From Fibrobacterales bacterium (lineage in GTDB: Bacteria > Fibrobacterota > Fibrobacteria > Fibrobacterales > JAOPTW01): DNA of 64,000 bases. Position 1 is the first letter of the stretch; the number at the start of each line of letters is the position of its first letter. Both the position numbers and the translations under genes were made by a program. The notes beneath the pieces are model-generated. The model worked only from the letters and a program-made list of their open reading frames with translations. It was not told where the DNA came from and did not search any database. The DNA lies in assembly GCA_051532035.1 (NCBI GenBank), contig JAOPTW010000013.1:320001-384000 (forward strand), given 5' to 3'. Of the stretch, positions 52,201 through 60,319 are shown piece by piece.

Positions 52201-53423
52201 ACATCAAGAATGACTTGTCCGTTTATACCCACCGCATCCAGAATTTTTCTTTTCCAGTTTTGTAACGTCTCCGAACGTTCCTTAAGTAAAGAAAGACAAA
52301 ACTCGTTAAAAGCTTGGGTGATAGCATAATAAGGTATATTTTGTTTGAATTGATCAAACTTACCGGCAACAAAATAACCGCGCTTTTCAGTCATGGGTTT
52401 ATGAACTTCATGTACCAAAACGGTTTTGCCAATCCCTGAATAACCCGCTACAATCATTACTTCGGTTTTTCCCAAACTGACCCGATCAAAGGCTTCTAAT
52501 AAAGTATTGATTTCACTTTCGCGTCCATACAGTTTTTGAGGAATTTGAAATTGGCCTGAAAAATCATTGTGCCCTAATTCAAACTTCAGGCCTTTCATGT
52601 TTTGTTTGTTGGCTCTGTGTTCCTGACACTTTTCCAAATCCACCTTGAGGCCAAGTGCCGATTGATATCGATCTTCAGCATTTTTTTCCAGTAATTTCAT
52701 TATAATATCTGAAACTATCAGAGGTATATCAGTATTAATTTCACAAACAGGGAGTGGAGTTTTTGCTATATGACAATGCACCAATTCAATTGTATCGCTC
52801 GCTGTAAAAGGCAGCTGTCCGGTGAACATTTCGTAAAGAGTCGCTCCCAATGAATAGAGGTCGGTACGATAATCTATACTGCGGTTGATACGTCCGGTTT
52901 GTTCGGGGGATAAATATGCTAGTGTCCCCTCTAACTGGCCGAGATTTTTCAAAGTAACGCTCTCACTTGGCAGTCGACTTGCAATGCCAAAATCAATAAT
53001 TTTAACCTGACCTGTCTGAGTATTCCAAAGAATATTGGAAGGACAAAGGTTTTTATGAATCACATTTTCAGCATGGATATGTCCTATATTTTGTGCAGTT
53101 TGTATCGCAATGGACAAGCATTCATCTAAAGTCAACATGCTTCGTTTCATATACGTATCTATCGACTCAGCAGCAATATCTTCTTCAACAATCATCAGAG
53201 TATTTCCATACTCTTCCAGGCTAAGAACGCTAATTACCCCGCTGTTATTAAAGCTTTTTGTTATTTCATATTCACTTTTAAATCGGTGAAACTCTTCTGG
53301 TGAAGGGTTTTCCGGTTGAAGTACTTTTAGTATCACCGAAAAATGATCTATTACCTGTTCTGCCCTGTATATTACCGTGCTAGAACTTTCATGTAGTTTC
53401 TCAATTATTTTGTACTTATTCAT
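46260..53423 (-). CDS. Multidomain Ser/Thr-kinase-like + AAA ATPase + helical repeats + GAF + 4 PAS + histidine kinase + REC protein
   Basis: IIDFG, YLSPEQTGR; GYSGIGKT, LDDLQWAD, GGNPFF; GILYLEN (GAF); repeated DITERK PAS ends; GGVAHDFNN, PFFTTK, GTGLGL; terminal REC. Confidence 0.95.
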   Translation of the reverse strand: MNKYKIIEKLHESSSTVIYRAEQVIDHFSVILKVLQPENPSPEEFHRFKSEYEITKSFNNSGVISVLSLEEYGNTLMIVEEDIAAESIDTYMKRSMLTLDECLSIAIQTAQNIGHIHAENVIHKNLCPSNILWNTQTGQVKIIDFGIASRLPSESVTLKNLGQLEGTLAYLSPEQTGRINRSIDYRTDLYSLGATLYEMFTGQLPFTASDTIELVHCHIAKTPLPVCEINTDIPLIVSDIIMKLLEKNAEDRYQSALGLKVDLEKCQEHRANKQNMKGLKFELGHNDFSGQFQIPQKLYGRESEINTLLEAFDRVSLGKTEVMIVAGYSGIGKTVLVHEVHKPMTEKRGYFVAGKFDQFKQNIPYYAITQAFNEFCLSLLKERSETLQNWKRKILDAVGINGQVILDVIPDLELVIGAQPAVAEVGPAEAQNRFNLSFLNFFKALCDKEHPLIIFLDDLQWADLPTLNLVNLMMTDSDTHYLLFIGAYRDNEISDVHPLPRILDTIQNQVSFSKIILPPLEYSHVHNLISDSTISSLEMSKSLASVVYEKTGGNPFFVNMFLKAIVRKKLIAFDFDKREWSWDVQRIRSQDITNNVVDMMVDRISQLPIETQQILALAACFGSQFNLKLLSLVYDHSSSMVFDALWNAVLDGLIIPVEDDYKWIKHSPEGDHEARFRFLHDRVQQAAYSFLNEKEKKMLHLKIGRVIRQHTVDDDIWETLIGMVGHFNLGKNFITDSEEKENVCRLNLRAAKKAKLSSAYRPALDFIITGMTLLPDNSWETNYELSLSYYFEKGEIEYLNAQWDDALATFEEISNHVSTLLERCKISEYKATLYRMKNDLTTSLNISVEALSMLGIELKAFPDIQDVEMEIKRCNQMLQGKDTDSLFHLPELTDPLKLQAMALLRECFAPAYFLGSNLIAIIGVRMTEITLRDGNNPHSSVGYIFLSSVTLVVFQNDYDTAYKFGLLSLRLNDDKYQIKAYEALILDMWGSFVCHYKKSVDISQKYLLRGYYSGIENGSYQWAGYCAINILFQSFLGSDTLYKVEEKVNQITPGLSKIDQNMVQYFYAVSASIHNLKEPVEDWSVVPEDYWPHSKEVLKQCRIQNDLLTPFVDAICRLLLANFFSSEKANEYALQAEHYLVGAPGIFLNPVFYFHQSIAYSSTYHLVDESHKEQYVKILSENINRFEAWAQHCPENYLHFYELMRAEYGRIVNAPIEDIMSYYDRAIEASLENNFVQYQALACELASKYYQSIERKIIARAYLIEAHRCYQIWGALVKVQNLESQYPQFLDNKVNSAREVPVVSSPPDTTMDSPSHQQTTSIQLDLESVMKASQILSGEIVLSSLLKKIMHIVIENAGATRGLLILEKDGEWLIEAEGTLDFDNVTVQQAIPIEESEQAPATLINYISRTQESVVLTDATQEGGFTKDAYIIKKLPKSVLGLPILNHGSLNGILYLENNLTTAAFTADRLQVINLLAFQVGISLENARLFEEKQKNTEALMEEVAERIQAEEALNESEERFRKISENAPVLINSFDENGKCLFWNKQCKRTFGWTIEEINEREVAMALFYPDPAVCEEVIRTVTSDPDGNFREWHPVTKDGKILNVMWANFSLPNGQVFSMGHDITERKQAENELKESEAKFKTLVTNNEEIIYMIDKNGIFQLSEGKGLSKLGLKPGEVVGGSVFDIYKDYPEMVLDLKTALKGESLAVEHKVGGVYFNNWFTPHKNSSGEIIGLLGLSIDITERKQAEIELIATQEDLKKSEQRFRAMFEATPLAVDIYHLKEDNRLVLTQINPAAEKMTGIDSSFLIGKSIEEAFPELVSTDIPDLYRAVARGELKTQIYESHYSDDRFSGWYEIAVFNMGENNIGVQVLDITERKKQEVELQNLRNYLANIIDSMPSILIGIDSDSNITQWNNTAEQKTGIATENALNKPLIEVFPSLISEVERIDLAFQTRKVQSNLKQVHIEKGETYCEDITIYPLITQGVEGAVIRIDDVTKEYEVEQQLNQARKMDAIGQLAGGVAHDFNNMLAGIIGAAQLLLNPKRNLDQKSLEFVEMIINASNRAADLTGKLLAFGRKGKIISTSIDIHRIIDDTVSIFNQTIDKKITISLSKNAENPMVTGDDSAMQNSILNLGINASHAMANGGELVIETRNIYLNEMFCNSSPFKIEEGDYIEIDIRDTGCGITPENISKIFEPFFTTKKQGEGTGLGLASVYGTIQDHNGAINVCSEIGEGTVFHIYLPCVADTVKIAGKIEPVSKGVGQVLFVDDEEFIRVTGKYSLEDMGYKVILAENGLEALEIFKQQYQEIDLVIMDMIMPEMNGRETFIKMKEIDTHCKVIISSGFTKDENLSELNEAGLAGFIQKPFREDELSKLLSKVMRITGDN

Positions 53424-53680
53424 AACTTCACATTAACAACTCGGACATATAAAAGAGTACCCTTAATTTGACGATTAAGCAAAATTTTTTAGCCGTTACC
53501 ACTACCGATAACTCTCAGTGGCAATTGTATTGAGTATTTTGAGTATATATGTGTAACGATCTCCTCAACAAACACGTTATAACAAATCTATTTTAACCCA
53601 TAGGCCCATTTACCTGTTAAAGCCCCCCATGCAGTGATATACTATATCTCATAGAAGAGACATGACACCAAGGATTCATT

Positions 53681-55420
53681 ATGTCAATCAAGAGAAAGTT
53701 ATTTGCAATAAGTTCAATAATAACCGCGGCATTATTGTGCACAATTACTGCATTAAACATATCCGAACACTACACCCAAAAAGAGAGTCATGCGCGAACC
53801 AATCGCTACCTTTCATTTGCATTAGCAGATGAATTTCGTCATACCTCTATGGACCTTACTCGTCTGTGTCGCACTTTTGTATCGACCGGTCATTCAAAAT
53901 ATAAATCCATGTATTGGGATATTGTTAATTGGCGCTCTGGCAAAATGACCCGTCCAGACTATGTAAACAATCAACTCCATCGTGGAGAAACAAAACCACA
54001 GCATGAAATCATGGTAGAACTCGGGTTTTCTAAAAAAGAATTCGCTCTCCTCGATCAAGCAGGTAAAGCTTCACAAGGACTCATTGCCACAGAAACACAG
54101 GCTATGACGATCATAGAAAATGGAACGTTTACAAAAGGACCTTTTACCTTAAAAGAAGGTGAAACACCACGGCAGTTTGCTATGCGTATCGTATTTGACG
54201 ATAACTATCATCGCGAAGTCAAAAGCATCATGAAACCCGTAGATGAATTTTTCACAGCTCTCGATATCCGTACGGGGGCCACGGTGTCTGAAGCGACCGC
54301 TAATGCCTCCTTTTGGCTTACGATTTCTATTACCTTACAAATCATTGTAGCCCTCATATTCATTGGCTTTATTGTATACCTATGGAATAACGTACTCATG
54401 GCAATTATCGGATTAAAAAAGCAACTCGGATTTATTGCTGAAGGAGACCTCACTACCGACATCCAAGCAACACGCTCAGATGAAATTGGTGAAATGCAAA
54501 CAGCTCTCAAAGAAATGGTCGCGAACTTTCTTTCACTCATTACCAAAATAAAATCTCACTCTACCGAAATCACTGAATCATCTCAAGAGCTGAGAACCAG
54601 AAGTCAAAGTGTATTTACTTCAGCAGAAGAAATGTCATCCAATTCATCAATCATTGTTGATAAAGCTAATGCAACGTCTTCCAACATAAATAATATTGCA
54701 TCTAATACCGAAAATATGAGTGGATCAATTAACATTGTTGCCTCTGCGATTGAAGAAATGTCGAGTACGGTACAGGAGATAGCCCAGAACTGCCAAAGCG
54801 AACTCACTATCGCTTCCAATGCCAACACTCAAGTAAAACAAACCAATGAGATGATGAAAACTCTTGAAATATCTGCGTCAGAAATCGGCAAGGTTCTTGA
54901 TGTCATCAAAAACATTGCCGACCAAACAAACCTTCTTGCACTGAATGCAACCATCGAAGCAGCCTCAGCAGGCGACGCCGGAAAAGGTTTTGCCGTAGTA
55001 GCCAGTGAAGTTAAAGAACTCGCCAAACAAACAGCGAATGCTACAGTCGAAATCGAAGCTCAAATTGCAACCATGCGAGAAAATACTAAGAATTCTGTTG
55101 CATCAATAATAGACATAACTGCAGTGATTGAAGAAGTGAATACCATTTCACAAACCATAGTCAGTGCAGTGGAAGAGCAGAGTGCCACTATCAATGAAAT
55201 CTCATCAAACGTTGGAACTATTAACCAATCGAGCCAAGAGTCCTCGGTGAATGTACAAGAATCAGCACAGAGCTTAAAGGGTGTTTCTGAAACCATAACT
55301 CAATTCAGTGATTCTCTTACTACCATTACCACCGAAATGGCACAAACAGAAAAAAAATCTGAGTCCCTCTCGGATATAGCCGAACAACTCGACCAATCAA
55401 TTGATAAATTCAAGGTGTAG
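53681..55420 (+). CDS. Methyl-accepting chemotaxis protein
   Basis: Two TM segments, HAMP (DEIGEM), [37 protein letters not shown]. Confidence 0.95.
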   Translation: MSIKRKLFAISSIITAALLCTITALNISEHYTQKESHARTNRYLSFALADEFRHTSMDLTRLCRTFVSTGHSKYKSMYWDIVNWRSGKMTRPDYVNNQLHRGETKPQHEIMVELGFSKKEFALLDQAGKASQGLIATETQAMTIIENGTFTKGPFTLKEGETPRQFAMRIVFDDNYHREVKSIMKPVDEFFTALDIRTGATVSEATANASFWLTISITLQIIVALIFIGFIVYLWNNVLMAIIGLKKQLGFIAEGDLTTDIQATRSDEIGEMQTALKEMVANFLSLITKIKSHSTEITESSQELRTRSQSVFTSAEEMSSNSSIIVDKANATSSNINNIASNTENMSGSINIVASAIEEMSSTVQEIAQNCQSELTIASNANTQVKQTNEMMKTLEISASEIGKVLDVIKNIADQTNLLALNATIEAASAGDAGKGFAVVASEVKELAKQTANATVEIEAQIATMRENTKNSVASIIDITAVIEEVNTISQTIVSAVEEQSATINEISSNVGTINQSSQESSVNVQESAQSLKGVSETITQFSDSLTTITTEMAQTEKKSESLSDIAEQLDQSIDKFKV

Positions 55421-55693
55421 CTCCCCATTTCAATAGATGATCAGTCAGAGTGCCGACCAGCCCTCCTCCCAATAGTGCCATTTCCATTGAGTATACATAT
55501 AACCAATTGTTGTACGCTTATTTCCCCGTAGCACCCACAACACACCTCAATAAACTCAATGAACCCCAAATATATGTCACCAAATGTCCACAGGATCTGT
55601 GGATTTCGGCTGAAAGCTCCCTATAGTATCCTTAAAAAAATGAATATTAAGAGAGAGCATTGGGCACATGTTACACACCATCAAGGGACACAT

Positions 55694-57685
55694 ATGACAA
55701 AGGGTTTTCTCCTGCTGTATTCGATTGCAGTTATTTCAATTTTTCAATTAAGTGCTTGTAGCAACAACTCAGATTTAGTTAACCCCTCAGAAGACATAGA
55801 TACCGTATCAAGTAATGAGTTACTCAGTAATACTCATTTAATGAGTTCGGATATCGTTCCCATAGATTCACAGGTACTCAGTAGTACTCATCAAAACCCT
55901 GATACTGTAACATTGAGTAGTGTTGCTCAGCAGAACAGCTCAGTACGAGAACTATCTTCAGCTGAGGTACTCAATCAATCGTCATCCAGTAGCGCCCTGT
56001 CTTCGAGTAGTATTGTAGAAGCGCAGGTGAGTTCAGGTTCTGTTATAATTGAGGTGGAAGATTATATTGACGCTTATGATGTAACTGTCGGTAACACCGG
56101 TAATACTTACAGAGAGGATGATGTTGACATTGGTCCTTCGAATTCCGGTCATGTCGTTGCCTGGGTTTCTGATACTGAATGGCTAGAATATACCTTTTCA
56201 GTACCTGAGGCAGGACTCTATGATTTAACCGTCTTTACTAGTAGTAAAAATGTTAGTTCAAAATGGATTGAATATACCGTAAATGGAAGTGCAGTTGGTG
56301 AGGTTACGGTACCCACTACAGGGAGCTTTGAACAGTGGCATGCCACAACAGTAAAAGAGGTTTCCCTTTCTGATGGTGATACTCATACCTTAAGACTCAC
56401 TTTAAGAGGTGAAGGATATAACCTTGATTATATCGAAATTAAACCCTCTCAAGGTACCAAAGATACCATTCCATCTGAGAAGACTGAATTTGTTAATTGG
56501 GGACTACCTGGCCTCACTGTTCCTCATGGCTTTGGTGTTAATATTCATTTTAATGGGAGCGAAGAACATTTTCCTCGATATCAAGAGGATCTCGACCTTA
56601 TTGCCGAGGCGGGAATTAAAGTAATTCGTCAGGACCTTTTTTGGCACTGGATTGAAAATGAAAAAGGGGTATTATTTTGGGATCACTTTGATGAGCTGGT
56701 TGATGCGTGTGAACAACGTGGTTTACAGCTGCTGTTTATTCTCACTTATTCAAATCAATTGTATGAAGAGCATATTAATTCAATATACACTCAGGAAGGG
56801 CGTGATGCCTGGACGCACTATGCAACGACTGCTGTTGAACGGTATAAGGGCAAGAATATCGTTTGGGAGTTATGGAATGAACCGAATCTCTATATTTTCT
56901 GGTTGCCAGAACCTGATGTTGATGCATATATGGCACTTCTTGATCAGGCGGTACCAGCTATTCGTGCGGTGGATCCCGATGCTATTCTCATGGCATCAGC
57001 GACATCTCATATCGACCTCGGGTGGATAGAGGAGACGTTTAAACGGGGATTGCTCAATCATATTGATGCAGTATCGGTACACCCCTACCGTCATGAAGAC
57101 CCAGAAACAGTTATCGGGGATTATTACAACCTCTTCAACCTCATAAATGGATATACTGGAGGTCAAGGTAAACCAGTTGTCTCAAGTGAATGGGGGTACT
57201 CAAACATCAACTGGGACAATGCTCCTCTCGATGACTGGGAACAGGCGCGGCGTCTTGTACGAGAGCTTTTAACCAATATATCTATGGGTATTCACATAAG
57301 CATCTGGTATGACTGGATGAATGATGGAACCGACCCTGCTAACAGAGAACATAATTTCGGATTAGTAGAAAATGATCGAGTTCCTAAGTTAGCCTATTAT
57401 GCATATAAGGCCTTAAATGAAACGCTCAATGGCTATACATTTTTGAGAAGTATTGATGCGGGAACACCGGGAGTCTACTTCCTTGAATTTGGAAAAGATG
57501 ATGACCGCATCTATGTCTTTTGGAAACAAGGTGCCCATGAAGTGAGAGAGATACAATCGAGTATTGGTAACGTTGAGATTGTTTCTATGATGGGTGATAC
57601 ACAAACGATTACCTGGACTGGTACGGCATTTTCACACTTATTTACCAATGCTCCGCAATATATGATTGTGCCTCGTTCTCAGTAG
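55694..57685 (+). CDS. Lipoprotein: Ser-rich linker, CBM6-like module and clan GH-A (GH5/GH39-like) glycoside hydrolase
   Basis: Lipobox LSAC after MTKGF (ATG 55694); IEVEDY...YRE.DVD...EWLEY...NLDYI (CBM6); WELWNEP (acid/base), SVHPY, SSEWG (nucleophile). Confidence 0.85.
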   Translation: MTKGFLLLYSIAVISIFQLSACSNNSDLVNPSEDIDTVSSNELLSNTHLMSSDIVPIDSQVLSSTHQNPDTVTLSSVAQQNSSVRELSSAEVLNQSSSSSALSSSSIVEAQVSSGSVIIEVEDYIDAYDVTVGNTGNTYREDDVDIGPSNSGHVVAWVSDTEWLEYTFSVPEAGLYDLTVFTSSKNVSSKWIEYTVNGSAVGEVTVPTTGSFEQWHATTVKEVSLSDGDTHTLRLTLRGEGYNLDYIEIKPSQGTKDTIPSEKTEFVNWGLPGLTVPHGFGVNIHFNGSEEHFPRYQEDLDLIAEAGIKVIRQDLFWHWIENEKGVLFWDHFDELVDACEQRGLQLLFILTYSNQLYEEHINSIYTQEGRDAWTHYATTAVERYKGKNIVWELWNEPNLYIFWLPEPDVDAYMALLDQAVPAIRAVDPDAILMASATSHIDLGWIEETFKRGLLNHIDAVSVHPYRHEDPETVIGDYYNLFNLINGYTGGQGKPVVSSEWGYSNINWDNAPLDDWEQARRLVRELLTNISMGIHISIWYDWMNDGTDPANREHNFGLVENDRVPKLAYYAYKALNETLNGYTFLRSIDAGTPGVYFLEFGKDDDRIYVFWKQGAHEVREIQSSIGNVEIVSMMGDTQTITWTGTAFSHLFTNAPQYMIVPRSQ

Positions 57686-57730
57686 CAACTTCTTTGGGTA
57701 AATTTTTTCCTTTTTTCTTTTTTGTATAGT

Positions 57731-58050
57731 TCCCGGGCGTCGGCCCGGATGCGACCAGACCTTTTGGTTCCCCAAAAGACTGGACAAAAGGGATTCTTGC
57801 AGAAAGCCTCATTACAAATGCTTTGTACATCTGGTTCAGGTTACACTGCACTGTACCGATAAATAATGAATTGGTTTCTCTATTGCTGAGCATAAAATTT
57901 CATCGTGCACATGGTTGCGCTTTAACCTTTCAATAACGTGTGGGACAATCTGTACTTCATTTTATTATATCGCTATGCAAGGCCGCGGTTGTAAAACGTG
58001 CTCCGCACATGGTAAAAGATTGATCGGACACAAAAACCCCAAAAGAATCC
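57731..58050. other. Structured GC-rich intergenic element (REP/MITE-like or ncRNA)
   Basis: Hairpin CCGGGC-gtcg-GCCCGG; hairpin CCAG..CTTTTGG-ttcc-CCAAAAG.CTGG; long-range GGATTCTT (57791) / AAGAATCC (58043). Confidence 0.45.
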
Positions 58051-58191
58051 TGCCTCCAAACCCACAGTAACAACAGCTTAACAACAATGCATCGATAAAT
58101 AGCAAAAAAGTACAAGACGTTTCACTGTAAGCTAACCTTTGAAAAGCTACTTTGACCCCACCAAACACACAAACGCAGACATAAGGAAAAA

Positions 58192-59949
58192 ATGAAAAAG
58201 TTATTATCAATGAAGGTGTTTATAGCACTTCTATTAACCAGTGTTGTTTCAACATTTGCTAGTACGTACGCAACAACGTTATCAAATGATAATGTATTAC
58301 TCGAAATTAATATTAGTGAACCTAATGTTAATTATGTTCAACTGTCATTTATCAGTGCTTCTGTTTCAGGTGGCGGACAACAAAATGTTAATATTACAAA
58401 CAGCAATTCCGCAGGAATGTATTCTTATCTTGTTGCAGGGGCTCAAGAAGGAGAAGAATTGCGTTATTCATTTCATTATCGGTATGAAGGCGGAAGCGCA
58501 GACAGCCCATGGGAAACCTATGTTGTTGGTGATACACGCAAATATGATGTAACATGGATTGGGGAGTTCGATGACTACCCTTCAAATCCCAAAGATGGCT
58601 ATGCGTTCTTTCATAGTATCGATCAAAAAAGTTACATCTATACTGATTCTGACTGGAACCTATTTGCAATAGGTGAACAAGGTGCTACAGGAGCCCAGGG
58701 CAACACTGGTATTCAAGGAATACAAGGTGACGTTGGAGCTCAGGGAATCCAAGGTGCAGCTGGAGCCCAAGGTGAAACTGGCGCAACAGGAGCTCAAGGT
58801 GAACGCGGAGATGACACCTGGAATCAAAATGGCTCTACGATAACGTACACAAGATCGGGCGAGCTTGATCAGGTACAAGAGCAAATGAATGCTGGTTCTT
58901 ATGGTATCGGCTTTGGCCAATCACGAAACTGGCAGTCATTTACTCCTGGAGTAACAGGAATATTTTCACAATTTGGCCTTCACATAAGGTGGAGCAATAC
59001 AACTCCTGAAGTAACATTTAACCTCTATGAAGGTGAAGGCTTTAATGGAACACTCCTCCACACTCAAACCATAACAGCAACTATAAATGGTGACTGGAAT
59101 ACCTTCGAAATCTCAGGTGCAGTAGAACTCACCGCTGGAGAACAATATACATGGCAGTTACACTCTGACGCCAATCCAGCTGCAATCTGGATCCCTAATG
59201 GATCAGGCTATGCAGGTGGACGCAATGGACCCGATGGCGGCGACTATGATTTTTCATTCAGAACCTATATGGCTTCAATTACTCCGGTATTAGTGGGAAT
59301 CGGTACCTTAACCCCCAATGCGACACTTGATGTTGCTGGTGCAGTTGCAGTAAATGGTACAGAAGTTATAAATGAGGCAGGACAATGGGTTGGTGATGCA
59401 ACGAACCTCGTTGGCCCACAAGGCGTACCAGGGTTACAAGGTGAGTCGGGAGACGATGCACCTGACCAGACTGCAGCAATTACTACCTTAACAACAGAGC
59501 TTGCTAGTTTAACAAGCAGATTAACGTTATTGGAAGCACTGTTTCCAATAGATCAAGTTATTGGGTATGTAGTATCAGAGGGTAGAACCTTTGTTCAATT
59601 AGAAACTGCTTTGGAGAACACGGAAGCTCAAAGCGCCTGTCAAGAACTCAATATGGACCTGGCGAAGATTGAATCACAAGTTCAAAATGATGCGGTTGCA
59701 AACTTGCTTGGTAGCACACCAAACTTATTAGGATGGATTGGTGCGAATGATAGTGCCACTGAAGGTGCATTTAAATGGAGAGATGACAGTGATGTAATCT
59801 ATGTTCCGGCATGGTACCTGACAAATCCAAACGTTGAAATTAGGGATTGTGTTTCTATCGCTGGACTCAACACTTATCGTGGAACTCCTGGAATGTGGGA
59901 AACTGAAAGTTGTACTCAGACCGCCAGAAGACCTATTTGCTCTAATTAA
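58192..59949 (+). CDS. Secreted collagen-like fibre protein: CBM56-like N-terminal domain, Gly-X-Y repeats, coiled-coil neck, C-type lectin domain
   Basis: AAGGA SD and signal peptide; GGGQQNV...YSFHY...DSPW (CBM56-like); Gly-X-Y runs; VGIGT.TP...LDVAG fibre motif; AQSACQ...LAKIES...WIGAND...EGAFKW...DCV...W...C...IC (CTLD). Confidence 0.8.
   Translation: MKKLLSMKVFIALLLTSVVSTFASTYATTLSNDNVLLEINISEPNVNYVQLSFISASVSGGGQQNVNITNSNSAGMYSYLVAGAQEGEELRYSFHYRYEGGSADSPWETYVVGDTRKYDVTWIGEFDDYPSNPKDGYAFFHSIDQKSYIYTDSDWNLFAIGEQGATGAQGNTGIQGIQGDVGAQGIQGAAGAQGETGATGAQGERGDDTWNQNGSTITYTRSGELDQVQEQMNAGSYGIGFGQSRNWQSFTPGVTGIFSQFGLHIRWSNTTPEVTFNLYEGEGFNGTLLHTQTITATINGDWNTFEISGAVELTAGEQYTWQLHSDANPAAIWIPNGSGYAGGRNGPDGGDYDFSFRTYMASITPVLVGIGTLTPNATLDVAGAVAVNGTEVINEAGQWVGDATNLVGPQGVPGLQGESGDDAPDQTAAITTLTTELASLTSRLTLLEALFPIDQVIGYVVSEGRTFVQLETALENTEAQSACQELNMDLAKIESQVQNDAVANLLGSTPNLLGWIGANDSATEGAFKWRDDSDVIYVPAWYLTNPNVEIRDCVSIAGLNTYRGTPGMWETESCTQTARRPICSN
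58672..58809 (+). repeat. Collagen-like Gly-X-Y coding repeat (15 triplets)
   Basis: GEQGATGAQGNTGIQGIQGDVGAQGIQGAAGAQGETGATGAQGERG. Confidence 0.9.
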
Positions 59950-59966
59950 TACCATAAAAATATTTC

Positions 59967-60004
59967 AGGCGAGCGTCGGTTGTAGTATCGACACTCGCCT
60001 TTTG
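59967..60004 (+). terminator. Intrinsic terminator
   Basis: Stem AGGCGAGCGTCGGT / ATCGACACTCGCCT followed by a T-run. Confidence 0.75.
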
Positions 60005-60248
60005 TCTATATCCTTTCATAATTTCCTAATTACAATACGATAGTCTTACTCTCCCAGTTTAGAAGTTAAATCAAGAGCTGGTCTCAGCGCTATTATCCTA
60101 ATATCTTACATATTCAGTTACTATAATCTAAGCTCAATCCTGTAGTATCCTACTCGTAGGAGTATTGAATAGTATCGAGAGGTTTAAGAGGTGTATAGGG
60201 TCATGGGTGTGAATAGAGTATTTTGTTCTTGCACTTCAGTGCAAGCAT

Positions 60249-60283
60249 AAAAAAACCGTTGTATCCAAAGAGAATACAACGGT
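60249..60283 (-). terminator. Intrinsic terminator of putP
   Basis: Stem ACCGTTGTAT / ATACAACGGT with an A7 run on the + strand (U-tract on the - strand). Confidence 0.8.
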
Positions 60284-60319
60284 GTCTGTATATTAATAAT
60301 TTTTACCTATACCGCGGTC

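Noticed and set aside
58095..58160. c-di-GMP-I riboswitch upstream of the collectin-like gene
   Set aside because: Only a GCAAA fragment matches; the P1/P2 stems and GNRA loop could not be built.
57642..58210. Minus-strand ORFs 57642..57893 and 57965..58210
   Set aside because: They overlap neighbouring genes and the structured element, and have no protein-like motifs.
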